NCBI GenBank assembly: GCA_963749595.1
Contig: CAVVNJ010000001.1
Coordinates: 67,376-115,997 of the forward strand
Direction of reading: 5' to 3'
Length of the DNA stretch: 48,622 nucleotides
Origin: Candidatus Woesebacteria bacterium
Lineage (GTDB): Bacteria > Patescibacteriota > Microgenomatia > UBA1400 > UBA1396
Each line of letters opens with the position of its first letter. The first letter of the stretch is position 1. The position numbers and the translations under genes are program-made. Of the stretch, positions 27,491-37,558 are shown piece after piece. The notes below the pieces were generated by a model. The model saw only the letters and a program-made list of their open reading frames with translations. It ran no database searches and had not been told where the DNA came from.

Positions 27491-28741
27491 GTGCAACGGC
27501 TTCACCCAAAATTATTTACTTTCAGGTCCAAAATAATTCCACTTTTTTTTATGATCGTCGCAATTGGGCTGATTGTTTACCTGTCTTCGTCCATTCTTCA
27601 ATTAAAAAAGCGATTCCGGTATACCAACTGGATTCCGCTAGTCAAATCGGAGTTGACCGCTCGTCAGGAAGACCGGGGTCAGGGTATAGTTTTTGAAACC
27701 TGGCTCGAAGGCAATTATGGGTATAATCTCACTGGTGCTCAACCCCATCTTGATACCAAAAATCGCTATTTCTCGTTGCGGTTCAATGACCGGTCAATCA
27801 AAGAAATGCCCCTTAACCATTTCTTTTTTAACCAGATCCTGGAAGAGCAAAACAGGGCGCTGGCCCTCAATAAAAATCGCTTAGATTTCCAGTCGACTAC
27901 GCTTCCGGACGGTACTGAACGCCACAATTTCAGCTTCAGTCAAACCGACCCCAACTCGTTCCTCTTCAGTGAGGCAAAAGATAAAACTTCTTTTTTTGTT
28001 TATCATTATCCGACAAATCAAACTTATCCCATTCTGGAGAATATCGACCGAATCCAATGTCCGGGGGGAGTTGATGGCTGGTCAGACTCAACCCACGAAA
28101 TCATTTTTTCTTCTTCTTGGGATGGCACGCCCTTATCTCCAAGCGGAGAAATGATTAGGGAAATCTGTATTTATAACTACGAAAAAAAGACTATTACTTT
28201 CCGACGTCGCTTCCCAGTCGATACTTACGCCAACGCGTTTGTTTTACTCCCGAAAAGAAAATTAATCGCCTATTACCAACAGAATATGTTGGTGATTGAT
28301 CTGGACAATAACGAAAGCTACCAATACGATCTGACCGGCAAACAGGTGGATATTGGTGCGAGCACCGGGATCAGAGCTGGCACAATGCTATTGCGCACCG
28401 ATACTCAGGACAAATTTTCTTTTACTTTTCTCGATCTGAACACCATGAAGGAGGGTCCGGTATTTTCGTTCGATCGCCACCCTGGCCCCTTCCCTCAATA
28501 CAGTAGTGATGATGTTCAACTGGTTTCGATTAACGACCACCGCTCCCAAGCTCTCTTTAAACATCAACTGCCAACTTCATCTAATTTACCAGGTGAATCA
28601 AGCTGCTGGTACCTGGTAACTTTAGACACAACCAAAGTCGAGAAGATTATGTGTGACGATCAGATCCAAAAAGAATACCGGGGCAAGGATCCACGCAAGC
28701 AGGGAGAAAAGGTTTCCGTGCACTTTCAGGGTTGGCTTTGA
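27491..28741 (+). CDS. Membrane-anchored hypothetical protein with a large beta-rich extracellular domain
   Basis: N-terminal TM. GTG start chosen because of TG-A-TATAAT-N7 upstream; ATG 27551 is an alternative. Confidence 0.7.
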   Translation: MQRLHPKLFTFRSKIIPLFFMIVAIGLIVYLSSSILQLKKRFRYTNWIPLVKSELTARQEDRGQGIVFETWLEGNYGYNLTGAQPHLDTKNRYFSLRFNDRSIKEMPLNHFFFNQILEEQNRALALNKNRLDFQSTTLPDGTERHNFSFSQTDPNSFLFSEAKDKTSFFVYHYPTNQTYPILENIDRIQCPGGVDGWSDSTHEIIFSSSWDGTPLSPSGEMIREICIYNYEKKTITFRRRFPVDTYANAFVLLPKRKLIAYYQQNMLVIDLDNNESYQYDLTGKQVDIGASTGIRAGTMLLRTDTQDKFSFTFLDLNTMKEGPVFSFDRHPGPFPQYSSDDVQLVSINDHRSQALFKHQLPTSSNLPGESSCWYLVTLDTTKVEKIMCDDQIQKEYRGKDPRKQGEKVSVHFQGWL

Positions 28742-29097
28742 TCCAACCAGTCCTCCGCCTCTTGCCGAGTTTCACAAATTCTGGCCTGCTCCTGGATATT
28801 GGCCCGCTGAACCACTTCCGACTGAAGCCGGACCAAATGGGGATTGGCACCAAAAGAGGCAATTCTTTGCAGTGACAAGTTCTTTAAAAGAATCGCGTTC
28901 AGCAGCGAAACACCAGATTCCCACTCCTTAACTTGGGAACTATCAATTAATATCTTGATCGGTTTTCCATCCTTAACTAGTCCCTTGGCAATCTCAGTAA
29001 TCAATCGATTAATTTCGGCCATATCCCGCAAGGCATGTCTTTCCGGAGAAACCACCTCAATGTAACCGTCAGGATTGAGAAAAACTTGATATTTCAT
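28726..29097 (-). CDS. STAS/SEC14 (SpoIIAA-like) domain protein
   Basis: KILIDSS, RIASFG, ETRQEAEDWL tail. Confidence 0.6.
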   Translation of the reverse strand: MKYQVFLNPDGYIEVVSPERHALRDMAEINRLITEIAKGLVKDGKPIKILIDSSQVKEWESGVSLLNAILLKNLSLQRIASFGANPHLVRLQSEVVQRANIQEQARICETRQEAEDWLDQSQP

Positions 29098-29166
29098 TTA
29101 CTTAAGATCATACCAGTTTTCACTCAAATTGAAAAAATGCACTCTTATGAGATAATAAATCATAAT

Positions 29167-29571
29167 ATGAACAAACATCCAGAAAATCTTCCTTCGTTTT
29201 TAGTGGTCAGAGATAATTTAAAAGATCAGACCGTCCGTTCGGGTGAGGCCGATGCCGTTTTTTCCAACTTATCGTCACTGGATAACGCGGCTAAAGTTAA
29301 CATCCTGACTCAGCTCGCTAATTATCCCGAAGCGGTAGTTATTCCTCGGAACTTCCCCAGCCTAGACGGATATCTAGCCAAAGTTGGTAATTACCTGGGA
29401 CGTTTTACGATTCAAGTCAACGCCAATGAAGCAATCCCCCTAAATGGAATCCGAATCTGGATCAGCACTCTGGGCTCCGGATACACCAAGCAGGAACAGA
29501 TTCTGGAAATTAGACTTCCATATTCTCAGGTCAATTATCGCCTGGTGGCCGCAATCGTTGCCAACGCTTAA
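29167..29571 (+). CDS. Hypothetical protein
   Basis: Open frame; the start was moved downstream to avoid overlap with the divergent gene. Confidence 0.55.
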   Translation: MNKHPENLPSFLVVRDNLKDQTVRSGEADAVFSNLSSLDNAAKVNILTQLANYPEAVVIPRNFPSLDGYLAKVGNYLGRFTIQVNANEAIPLNGIRIWISTLGSGYTKQEQILEIRLPYSQVNYRLVAAIVANA

Positions 29572-29613
29572 GTCTCCTTTATCGATAAGTCGCTAGCCTG
29601 TTACAATTTCGGT

Positions 29614-30072
29614 ATGGTTGAAGTACGTTTGGCCGATCCTAAAATCGACGCCGCCGCTTTCGGGGAATTGCAGCGTCGCAAATCTCAAGAAGAAATTACG
29701 GAATTAGATCACAAACCTGAAAAAACAAACTGGGAATCAGTTCTAAGCCGGGACGCGTTGATTTTAATTGCCAAGAATGAAGAGGGAAAAATAATTGCCA
29801 CCGGCGGTACCAAAATTCTCAAAGATCAGCAGACTGCTAATTGGCGCGGATTATACGTTCTTCCGGAAGAACGACGGAAAGGGGTCGCCACATCCTTGGT
29901 CAAAGAAATGTTGCGCTTATTGGCAAATCGCGGCATAAGGCGGGTGATAACCGAAATTGAGGGTAACAATACTGCCTCGCTGATTCAACATAAAAAAATT
30001 GGCTTTTCCGAGTATGAAGAAGCCACCGACCAGCAGGGAAACCATTACCATCGACTGGAAATTTTCCTTTAG
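29614..30072 (+). CDS. GNAT N-acetyltransferase
   Basis: LYVLPEERRKGVATSLV motif A; NTASLIQHKKIGF motif B. Confidence 0.88.
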   Translation: MVEVRLADPKIDAAAFGELQRRKSQEEITELDHKPEKTNWESVLSRDALILIAKNEEGKIIATGGTKILKDQQTANWRGLYVLPEERRKGVATSLVKEMLRLLANRGIRRVITEIEGNNTASLIQHKKIGFSEYEEATDQQGNHYHRLEIFL

Positions 30073-30140
30073 TCACTTGCCTAGTATCATTAATTGGGTT
30101 TAAATGTTGATAAAGTCTCTAAAGTACCTCTAGGAGGGAA

Positions 30141-30671
30141 ATGAAAAAACTTTTCTTCATTTTTATACTGGCGGGGGTTTTCGCCGCAGTCACCTCGGTA
30201 ACCCGTGCCGCTCAACCGGACGGACGTGGTTTTGACGAGTTTGGCTATAACAACAATGCCCGCAACTTCGTCGGCACCTGTCGCAGCTGGCATATGGGAA
30301 AGTTCAACTCGAACACCGCCCAAGCTGAGGTCTATTGCGGCGTTTACTCTGATGATCATCTAGTGATGAAATGGAACGCAGAGTGGGATCGGGGTAATGA
30401 TGAGGGTTGGGCTAACCCGCCTTATAACGCTTGGACTGACAACCAGTGGAACGGGCAAGCGGCTGGCAGTGGCGAAGTTTGGCACTATAAGATCGCCTGG
30501 GATGCTGGTTGCGCCGCCGGAATCGCGCCGGAAAATGCCCAAAAGGGCGATGGTTATTGCCTATGGGGACCGTTTGCCATGCTGATGTCTCAGGGAACCA
30601 TTCCTGGAGCCGAACACCAAGAGCATATCTGGGACGTGCTACTCAAGCCGGCCGGATACGGAGCTTACTGA
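30141..30671 (+). CDS. Secreted Trp/Gly-rich hypothetical protein
   Basis: AGGAGG RBS and signal peptide; GFDEFGYN..ARNFVG, LVMKWN, WHYKI.W. Confidence 0.75.
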   Translation: MKKLFFIFILAGVFAAVTSVTRAAQPDGRGFDEFGYNNNARNFVGTCRSWHMGKFNSNTAQAEVYCGVYSDDHLVMKWNAEWDRGNDEGWANPPYNAWTDNQWNGQAAGSGEVWHYKIAWDAGCAAGIAPENAQKGDGYCLWGPFAMLMSQGTIPGAEHQEHIWDVLLKPAGYGAY

Positions 30672-31399
30672 GGAAGTTTTCGCGAAGCCTCACGATAGGT
30701 TAAACCACTCATTTGGGTCCGGTATTCCTTGATGAAATGCCGGACCGCAGATGGGTTTTTAATCGACATCTCACGTAACACCCAGCCAATGGCCTTGCGG
30801 ATAAAAAAACGCGCTCGTTTCCGCTGAAGGGTTTCGGAATATTCCTCATCGATCCAGCGCTCATCAAATTGCGAAACAGCGAGCTTAAAAAATAAAGCCT
30901 TATCGCCACCCACACCCCGTCGGAAGAAAAGCAACTGGGCCAGCAAAGCCGAGCGCCGTACCCAAAAATCGTCATCTTGAATCCACTTTTCCAAACAAAA
31001 GCGCGCCTTCCGATCTTTTTCAATAATCTTGGGCATCACCGGAATGATCAGATTATCCAGTAGGGCCCAGCCGCGACATTCGCGCATCATTTTTTCAATC
31101 AGGGGTAAATCGGTTGAATCGAGTTGATCGGCGTGCTGCACCAAAATATCAGTGGCCAGTATTCTTTCCTCAAAGGAAGGTTGCCGCCAAAAAACCTTAA
31201 CTAAAGCCAGAATTCCGGTTTTATCCAATCCCACCAATTCTTTTTTATGTTCCCGAAAAAACTTTGCTCGCGCGCCAAAGGGTAGACCATAATGTATTAA
31301 GTCAGAATATAGATAAGCCTTTTCTTTTTCTGCCCGTTGTAGATCGGCGTTGGCGCGTAAAAAATCCTGATAATTTTTAAGCAGAGAGGTTGGAGCCAT
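30665..31399 (-). CDS. DNA alkylation repair protein (AlkD-like)
   Basis: GWALLDNL, WIQDDDFWVRRSALL, FFIRKAIGWVLRE, SGLTYREA. Start 31399 or 31408. Confidence 0.88.
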   Translation of the reverse strand: MAPTSLLKNYQDFLRANADLQRAEKEKAYLYSDLIHYGLPFGARAKFFREHKKELVGLDKTGILALVKVFWRQPSFEERILATDILVQHADQLDSTDLPLIEKMMRECRGWALLDNLIIPVMPKIIEKDRKARFCLEKWIQDDDFWVRRSALLAQLLFFRRGVGGDKALFFKLAVSQFDERWIDEEYSETLQRKRARFFIRKAIGWVLREMSIKNPSAVRHFIKEYRTQMSGLTYREASRKLPQ

Positions 31400-31474
31400 G
31401 CTCGTCAATTATAATCAATCAGAATCTAGAATTGTGCTTGAAGTTTGCTCATTTTTCTTCGATGATAAGAAGAT

Positions 31475-32749
31475 ATGAAGTTACGACTGCCATTTTTCCT
31501 TCTTTCTCTCTCCGCCGTTTTTCTGCTCGCGACCGGGCCAGCCTTGGCCGCTTCGGCTAATCTGCCTCTGACCGAGGATACTTTCGTTAAACAAGACAGT
31601 CCGGACGTCATCTATGGCAACGGCAACGTCCTGACTGCGACCGGAGGGCAGAACCAAAACAACGCCTTCATCCTACTTAAGTTTAACCTTTCCAGTCTGC
31701 CCGAAGGATCACTGATTGACTCGGCCCGGCTCCTCCTGACCAGCTATTCTTGCTCTGGGGCAGATCCCAATCCCCGGTTGACGCTTAGATACCCTGGTAG
31801 GGACTGGGCTGAGGATACCGCCCGTTGGAATGGTCGACCAAGCATTAGTACGGAAATAGCTTCAGTGTTTTACCCTTTTCCCACGACTAAATCGTTCGAT
31901 GTTACCAGGCCGGTTGCCAAATGGGTAGATGGATCGATGGATAACTTTGGCTTGATCTTGGAAATGGAAAGCGGTGCCTATAGCTGCAATTTCTATTCCA
32001 GAGAAAGAAGCGCCGACGCGGTTAATCTGGTCGTAAACTACACCGCACCGGATACCACTAAACCAACAATTTCCCACATTCAAGTCAGCAACATTACCAC
32101 CGCCGGTGGCACCATTACCTGGAACACCAATGAGGAATCGAATTCCGAGGTCGACTACTACACGATCACCAGCGGCCAGTTACCGACTATCTTGCAAGCC
32201 ACCGGCCGGGCGAACACCACCAACCACTCGGTGGCTCTCAAGGACCTGACTGCCGGCAAAAAATACTATTACCGTGTACGGTCCAAGGACAATGTTGGCA
32301 ATGAGGCTCGTTCCAGTTATGGGAATTTCACCACCAAGAGTCTGACGCTATACGTCCCGTCTCAATTTAATCCCCAGATCAAGTTCCAAGGTTTGGCTAC
32401 TCAGAGTGCCGAGTTAAGCGCCAGCCCCACCCCAGTACCGGAAGAATCACCCACGCCAGACCAGCTGCCAGAGGAGGCCAATGTTGAGATCACCCCGACT
32501 CCGTCTCCAGAGATCGCAACTCCAGCTCCTCAAGAGACTACCAATGCCTCCACGAGCAGCGACGCCATTACTTTTACCCCAGCGCAGCTGATCATCGCCG
32601 CCCTGGCCGGACTAGTGCTCTTGCTCACTATCTTCACCATTGGCTTATTGGTTCGTCGGCCAAAAATTATTACCCGGGAGGCAAGCCACAACGACCGGCC
32701 GGAGACTACTCCCGAGGAAAAAATTTCCGAACACCGCGAGACGGAATAA
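31475..32749 (+). CDS. Surface protein: DNRLRE/CBM96-like domain, FN3 domain, Pro/Thr linker, C-terminal TM
   Basis: EDTFV...P...YG, LLKFNLSSLP, IDSARL, DVT..V..W...NFGLIL, FYSRE; TWNTNEESNSEVDY, LKDLTAGKKYYYRVRS. Confidence 0.8.
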   Translation: MKLRLPFFLLSLSAVFLLATGPALAASANLPLTEDTFVKQDSPDVIYGNGNVLTATGGQNQNNAFILLKFNLSSLPEGSLIDSARLLLTSYSCSGADPNPRLTLRYPGRDWAEDTARWNGRPSISTEIASVFYPFPTTKSFDVTRPVAKWVDGSMDNFGLILEMESGAYSCNFYSRERSADAVNLVVNYTAPDTTKPTISHIQVSNITTAGGTITWNTNEESNSEVDYYTITSGQLPTILQATGRANTTNHSVALKDLTAGKKYYYRVRSKDNVGNEARSSYGNFTTKSLTLYVPSQFNPQIKFQGLATQSAELSASPTPVPEESPTPDQLPEEANVEITPTPSPEIATPAPQETTNASTSSDAITFTPAQLIIAALAGLVLLLTIFTIGLLVRRPKIITREASHNDRPETTPEEKISEHRETE

Positions 32750-32793
32750 TCAGGGCGGAAATTCGCCATCCGTCAAGTTTGGGGAGAACTAGA

Positions 32794-33714
32794 ATGAAAA
32801 GTTGGATTTTCCTACTGCTGGCAATCTTACTTTTCAGCGGCTGCCGACCGGTCAGGGAAACCGCATCCCAACCACAAACAGTTCGATTGCTATTTGGCGG
32901 CGATCTACAATTTGATCGGTATATTCGCCAACAGGCGCAAAGACACGGGCCGGAATTCATTCTTCAGCCGCTGCGCGAGCGTCTAGCCGGTTATGACGCC
33001 GTGATTGCTAATCTGGAAGGATCGATCACCACTTTCCCGTCCAAAAGTGTTGGCTCGGCTTTCGGTTCCCGCAACAACTATCTCTTTACCTTTCCGCCCG
33101 AGACGACGTCACTATTACTCAGTGAAAATATCCGCATCGTCAACCTGGGCAATAACCACATTGGCAACTTCGGTCAAGCGGGGATTGCGCAGACTAGGGC
33201 TAATCTGGAAAAAGGTGGCCTCACCTATTTTGGTAATACGGGAAATGAAAGTGCTAACCGTTTCACGATTTTCACCGTCAGGGGTTTGCGGATCGGTTTC
33301 GTAAATTACAATCAGTTCGTTTCCGGTGGTGTGGAGGCTGCCCTGACTGACATCGATCAAGCTCGCCCGTTGTGCGATATCTTGGTGGTTTACACCCACT
33401 GGGGAGAAGAATATCAGCCGCGCGCCAACCCGGCGACGATAAAATTTGCTCATCAGTTAGTTGATCGCGGAGCGGATTTAGTGATTGGTTCCCACCCACA
33501 CGTTATTCAGCCAATGGAAACCTATCAGGGAAAAGAGATTTATTATTCACTGGGCAACTTTGTTTTTGACCAGTATTTTCGACCGGAGACTAGGAAAGGA
33601 ATGTTGGTGGAGGCCGTAATCGACCCAGCAACCAAAGCCATTACCACCGCCCCTATTTCGATCGAGCTGCTGCCCACCGGACAGACCACTGTTTCTGCCC
33701 AACTAGCCTGGTAA
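32794..33714 (+). CDS. capA: CapA-family (poly-gamma-glutamate synthesis-like) metallophosphoesterase-fold protein
   Basis: GGD, IANLEG, LGNNH, THWGEEY, GADLVIGSHPHVIQ, YSLGNFVFDQ. Confidence 0.88.
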   Translation: MKSWIFLLLAILLFSGCRPVRETASQPQTVRLLFGGDLQFDRYIRQQAQRHGPEFILQPLRERLAGYDAVIANLEGSITTFPSKSVGSAFGSRNNYLFTFPPETTSLLLSENIRIVNLGNNHIGNFGQAGIAQTRANLEKGGLTYFGNTGNESANRFTIFTVRGLRIGFVNYNQFVSGGVEAALTDIDQARPLCDILVVYTHWGEEYQPRANPATIKFAHQLVDRGADLVIGSHPHVIQPMETYQGKEIYYSLGNFVFDQYFRPETRKGMLVEAVIDPATKAITTAPISIELLPTGQTTVSAQLAW

Positions 33715-33723
33715 AATGGAACG

Positions 33724-34347
33724 ATGCAATTCATCGCCACCTCTAACTCGCACCTGACAATTCAAAAGTGGATCAGACATCTTCCTACGAGCCCTAAAAA
33801 CTTGCGCCTAGCGTTCATTGACACTGCGGCCGAGGTCTACCAAAAAGCGGAAGCGGATTGGTTGTGGGCAGATCGGCAAGCTCTGGTAACAGCCGGATTT
33901 GCGGTTACCGATTACACCCTAACCGGTAAAACTCAGTCTAGCCTTGAAATCGAGCTAACTGAGTTCGAGGTCTTATTTCTCAGTGGGGGAAACTCGTTCT
34001 ATCTGCTGGAGAAAGCTCGCAAATCCGGGTTTGTCGATTTAATTCAGAATGATTTCTTTAAAAACCAAATCTACGTTGGCTCCAGTGCCGGATCAATAAT
34101 CCTAGGACAGGATCTGGATCCGATCAAGTTTATTGATGATCCAGGCAAGTCTGATCTGACGGACTTCCAGGGAATCGGCATTATCGATACCACAATCTTC
34201 CCGCACTGGGGCAATCCAAAATTCGCCGCTAAGTATCAAAAAACCATTGATTACCTATATGAAAACTCCCTAACCGGAATCTTGTTGGCTGATAACCAAT
34301 ATCTTTTTCTGAGCAGCTCGGCTAGTCGATTAGAGTTATTGCCTTAA
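33724..34347 (+). CDS. Peptidase S51 (peptidase E-like), second paralog
   Basis: FIDTAAE, SGGNSFYLL, YVGSSAGS, PHW. Confidence 0.88.
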   Translation: MQFIATSNSHLTIQKWIRHLPTSPKNLRLAFIDTAAEVYQKAEADWLWADRQALVTAGFAVTDYTLTGKTQSSLEIELTEFEVLFLSGGNSFYLLEKARKSGFVDLIQNDFFKNQIYVGSSAGSIILGQDLDPIKFIDDPGKSDLTDFQGIGIIDTTIFPHWGNPKFAAKYQKTIDYLYENSLTGILLADNQYLFLSSSASRLELLP

Positions 34348-34766
34348 TCTTCTTCCCGAGTCGCGGTGACAATCCTGATTAGTGACACCACGGCCACGGC
34401 AACTACAAGATAGACCAATATTGCCACAATCGTTGATGGTTCCAAAACCGCCGCCGTCTCTAATCCCTCTGCCACCGCCGTCCGGAAGATGCCGCGGAAA
34501 GGCGCTTCAAAAACCGACGATAGCTGATAGATGAAACCAACAAAGGAACTGCGCGAATTAGCGCCAAGAATTTTTAGAACGAAACGGAAAACCAACAGGG
34601 TTTCGATGAGGCCGAAAAGATAAAAAACCAAACGACTCAGCGACCAGATGGCCACGTACTTTTCCGCTTCCGGCGACACTACCTGAGTTTTCTCCCGCGT
34701 AATCTGCTTTCCCATCGGGGTAACCCCAGCTTGCCGTTCATGAACTACTTCTTGGGTTTGGGCCAT
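34344..34766 (-). CDS. YggT-like membrane protein
   Basis: LLVFRFVLKILGAN..SSFVGFIY..S..FEAPFRGIF. Confidence 0.7.
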   Translation of the reverse strand: MAQTQEVVHERQAGVTPMGKQITREKTQVVSPEAEKYVAIWSLSRLVFYLFGLIETLLVFRFVLKILGANSRSSFVGFIYQLSSVFEAPFRGIFRTAVAEGLETAAVLEPSTIVAILVYLVVAVAVVSLIRIVTATREED

Positions 34767-34838
34767 ATTATTTAGCTCCTTAACTATAGTTAAGGTTAAA
34801 CGACCGTTAAAGTCAAGCCAAAAGTGTATGATGGTTTC

Positions 34839-35144
34839 ATGACCAAAAATCCGGTTGTTAATGCGCTGGCGGCCTTACTCTATATTATCGGCATCGCATC
34901 CGTGATGAACTTTGCTTCCCAAAGCGGTGACTTAGACAATTCCATCATTGCGCCGATCGCCTTTTTGTCACTGTTTACGTTCTCAGCCGCCGTCATGGGA
35001 TATATTTTTTTCTATCAGCCGATCCAGCTTTATTTAGACGGACAGAAAAAAACAGGCGTCAATCTTTTTCTGAAAACGCTGTTTTCTTTTGGGTTAATTA
35101 CCGCTGCATTAGTGGCAGTTCTAATTTCTGGAATATTTCGCTGA
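34839..35144 (+). CDS. Hypothetical three-TM membrane protein
   Basis: NPVVNALAALLYI, FSAAVMGYIFF..P; start set by TATGAT-N6-ATG. Confidence 0.7.
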   Translation: MTKNPVVNALAALLYIIGIASVMNFASQSGDLDNSIIAPIAFLSLFTFSAAVMGYIFFYQPIQLYLDGQKKTGVNLFLKTLFSFGLITAALVAVLISGIFR

Positions 35145-35146
35145 GT

Positions 35147-35905
35147 CTATTTCTGAACTTTTATTGACCCCATGATTCGGTCCATAATTTTGAGAGTTTC
35201 CTCATCCGGATCAAGAGGGGTGGAGTAGTGGCTAGAACCAAAGCCGCTCACACTGGTATATTTTTCCGATTCTTTGCTTTGCGAGCAAATCGTCCAATAA
35301 CTGGCGTTATTACTTTCACCGTTCTCCACTATACTCCGGCGTAGATTCAGGCCCCGGTCGCTGACAATTTGCACAAAGCTGGTCAATCGATTCGACGGAC
35401 CTTCAAAATCTGCATCACCGGGATAGAGGCAAAAGCCCGGACCCCAGGCCAGGGGATTGACGCTGGACACCACGTAGCTATTTTTAGATACCTTAATATC
35501 CTGTTTGAATTGTAGCTTGCCGTCTTGATATAAATCGACCGAAGCCGATTCGTCAGTGACCACCCAATCGGCTGGGTAGCTGAATTCCGATTTGCCGTCT
35601 TTAAGGCGATAAGTCTTCCAAACGACCTCCTCAGCAATCGGGGCGGAACTCGGTGATGGCGTGGCAGTCGCTTGGGGTAACGGTGTCGCACTACTAACGG
35701 GGGTTGAAACTTTACTGATCAGGGTTTGATTCTGATAAACCAGGAAGCCGATCACCACCAACATGACGAGAAAAACGAGGGTGAAAATAACGATGGCTGG
35801 AGAAATTGCGCCGGGCTTGGGTTTCTGGTAGGGGGTACTATTGGGTTCGGTTTCCTTCACTAGTTCCGGAGACTCAACTAAACCAGAAGCATTAGGTTCA
35901 ACCAT
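35147..35905 (-). CDS. Single-pass membrane protein with a Pro/Ser linker and extracellular domain
   Basis: TM VIFTLVFLVMLVVIGFLVYQN, then WKTY...FSYPADW. Confidence 0.7.
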   Translation of the reverse strand: MVEPNASGLVESPELVKETEPNSTPYQKPKPGAISPAIVIFTLVFLVMLVVIGFLVYQNQTLISKVSTPVSSATPLPQATATPSPSSAPIAEEVVWKTYRLKDGKSEFSYPADWVVTDESASVDLYQDGKLQFKQDIKVSKNSYVVSSVNPLAWGPGFCLYPGDADFEGPSNRLTSFVQIVSDRGLNLRRSIVENGESNNASYWTICSQSKESEKYTSVSGFGSSHYSTPLDPDEETLKIMDRIMGSIKVQK

Positions 35906-35920
35906 ACAACCATTTTAACA

Positions 35921-37558
35921 TTATTCATAACGCAAGGCATTAAGGGCCGAGATTTTAGTGGTACGGTAGGCTGGATAAATTCCAGTGACTATACCCACAA
36001 ACAAGGAAAGGATTAAGATCACCACCAAGAACTGGGGAGGCAGATAAGCGATATCAACCATACCCACCCCTTTGGCCACCGCGAAAATTGAGATTAGAAT
36101 CCCCAATATTTTTCCGCCCGCAAAGCCAAAAATGATACCGAATAACCCGCCGTAAAAACCCATGATCATTGATTCGGTCAGGAATAATTCCCGCACTTCA
36201 GAGGATTTCATACCCATGGCTTTAATCAATCCAACTTCTCTGGTTCTCTCCAGCAGGGACACGGTCAGAGTATTAAACATTCCGAGTGAGGCTACCGCCA
36301 AAGCCACCGTACCAATTAGCAGCAACACAGCTCGCAGAGTCGCAAATAGTGAACTAATTTGAGCCACTGTATCCGCCACAGAACGTGTTAGATAGCCCTG
36401 AGCTTCGATTAGTCGTCGCACTTTGGCCAGTTCACCCTGATTCTTGGCTACAACTTTAAGCTGCGAATAATTAAGCACTGTCAGTTGCCGCAAATCGATA
36501 AAGGCGACGTAAAAAACCGGAGTTTTTTCATCGGAAACAACGCCAACAATTTTATATTCAGCCGGATAGGACTCTAGGCGGTCCTTATTGTCGGCCAAAG
36601 AATCGCCCACAATAATAAAAGACGCTTCAAAGGTCTTGCCAACGGCCGATTCTTCCTCAATTCCGAGCACTTTTAAGGCAGCACGATTAACAATCGCCTC
36701 GCGGACACTTGATCTCTTTAAGCTCATTTTTTTAACTTCCCGCGTATCGGTTTGGGCTGAAAGCGAGGCAATCTCAATGAAGTTGGTCTGCTCAACCGCC
36801 GAAGTCGCCGCGGGAGAAGCTGTTTCAGCGGTCACGAAACCCAAATCTTGACTTGGACCTGGAAAATCGATGGGCAGGTTATCATCATCCAGCTTACTGA
36901 TAATGTCATTGCTGGCAAAAATCTCTCCCCGCACCGGCTTAATCGCCGATTGGTTCAAATAATCAGCGGTCACACCAAAAACGGCCATGTCAGAAACCGA
37001 ATTCTGATAGTTAACCCGACCGACCGCCGCAATCAGCGGTAATACCGCCTCTACGTTGGCAATCTCTTTCAGATTGGATAAGGTGCCGTCATTTATTTTT
37101 ACCGCCCCGCCGGATTGGGGGTAGACGTCAGCTTGCCGCATCTCGTCCAGTCTCGCCACGCGGGAAATTACCAACTGTTGCAAACCATAACCGATGGAAA
37201 CCAGAAAGACGATCGCGCCGACGCCAATGGCCATACCGCCGACCGTAACCAAGGTTCTAGTCTTCTTGGCCTGCATGTTACGAAACGCCAGCTCAATCAA
37301 ATCAGACCGGGAGATGGTGTTTGAATTATGTCGATCCAATAACCTTTCCCCTAATATATAGAGGCGGTTAGCCCTCGGTTCTAGCCAGTTTTTTACAGAA
37401 ACCGGAATAAGACGCCATGGAAAAAATTTCTTGAAAGTTTGATAGAGCATCAGCAACAGCACAAAGGTCACCAAGCTATATACATTGGCTCCCAGGCGTC
37501 GAAGGCTTATTCGGGAAAGGAAAGAGCGAAATGATTTAAGAGCAGAGAGAGGCTTCAC
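35921..37558 (-). CDS. MacB/FtsX-family ABC transporter permease
   Basis: RTLVTVGGMAIGVGAIVFLVSIGYG, GMFNTLTVSLLERTREVGLIKAMG, GIYPA...KISALNALRYE. Confidence 0.93.
   Translation of the reverse strand: MKPLSALKSFRSFLSRISLRRLGANVYSLVTFVLLLMLYQTFKKFFPWRLIPVSVKNWLEPRANRLYILGERLLDRHNSNTISRSDLIELAFRNMQAKKTRTLVTVGGMAIGVGAIVFLVSIGYGLQQLVISRVARLDEMRQADVYPQSGGAVKINDGTLSNLKEIANVEAVLPLIAAVGRVNYQNSVSDMAVFGVTADYLNQSAIKPVRGEIFASNDIISKLDDDNLPIDFPGPSQDLGFVTAETASPAATSAVEQTNFIEIASLSAQTDTREVKKMSLKRSSVREAIVNRAALKVLGIEEESAVGKTFEASFIIVGDSLADNKDRLESYPAEYKIVGVVSDEKTPVFYVAFIDLRQLTVLNYSQLKVVAKNQGELAKVRRLIEAQGYLTRSVADTVAQISSLFATLRAVLLLIGTVALAVASLGMFNTLTVSLLERTREVGLIKAMGMKSSEVRELFLTESMIMGFYGGLFGIIFGFAGGKILGILISIFAVAKGVGMVDIAYLPPQFLVVILILSLFVGIVTGIYPAYRTTKISALNALRYE

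Noticed and set aside
27543-27550. T8 tract as a phase-variation switch
   Set aside because: Short, in frame (Phe codons), and may lie upstream of an alternative ATG; no evidence of variation.
21708-34347. Two peptidase S51 genes as a recent duplication
   Set aside because: The proteins are highly diverged and 12 kb apart; ordinary paralogs.
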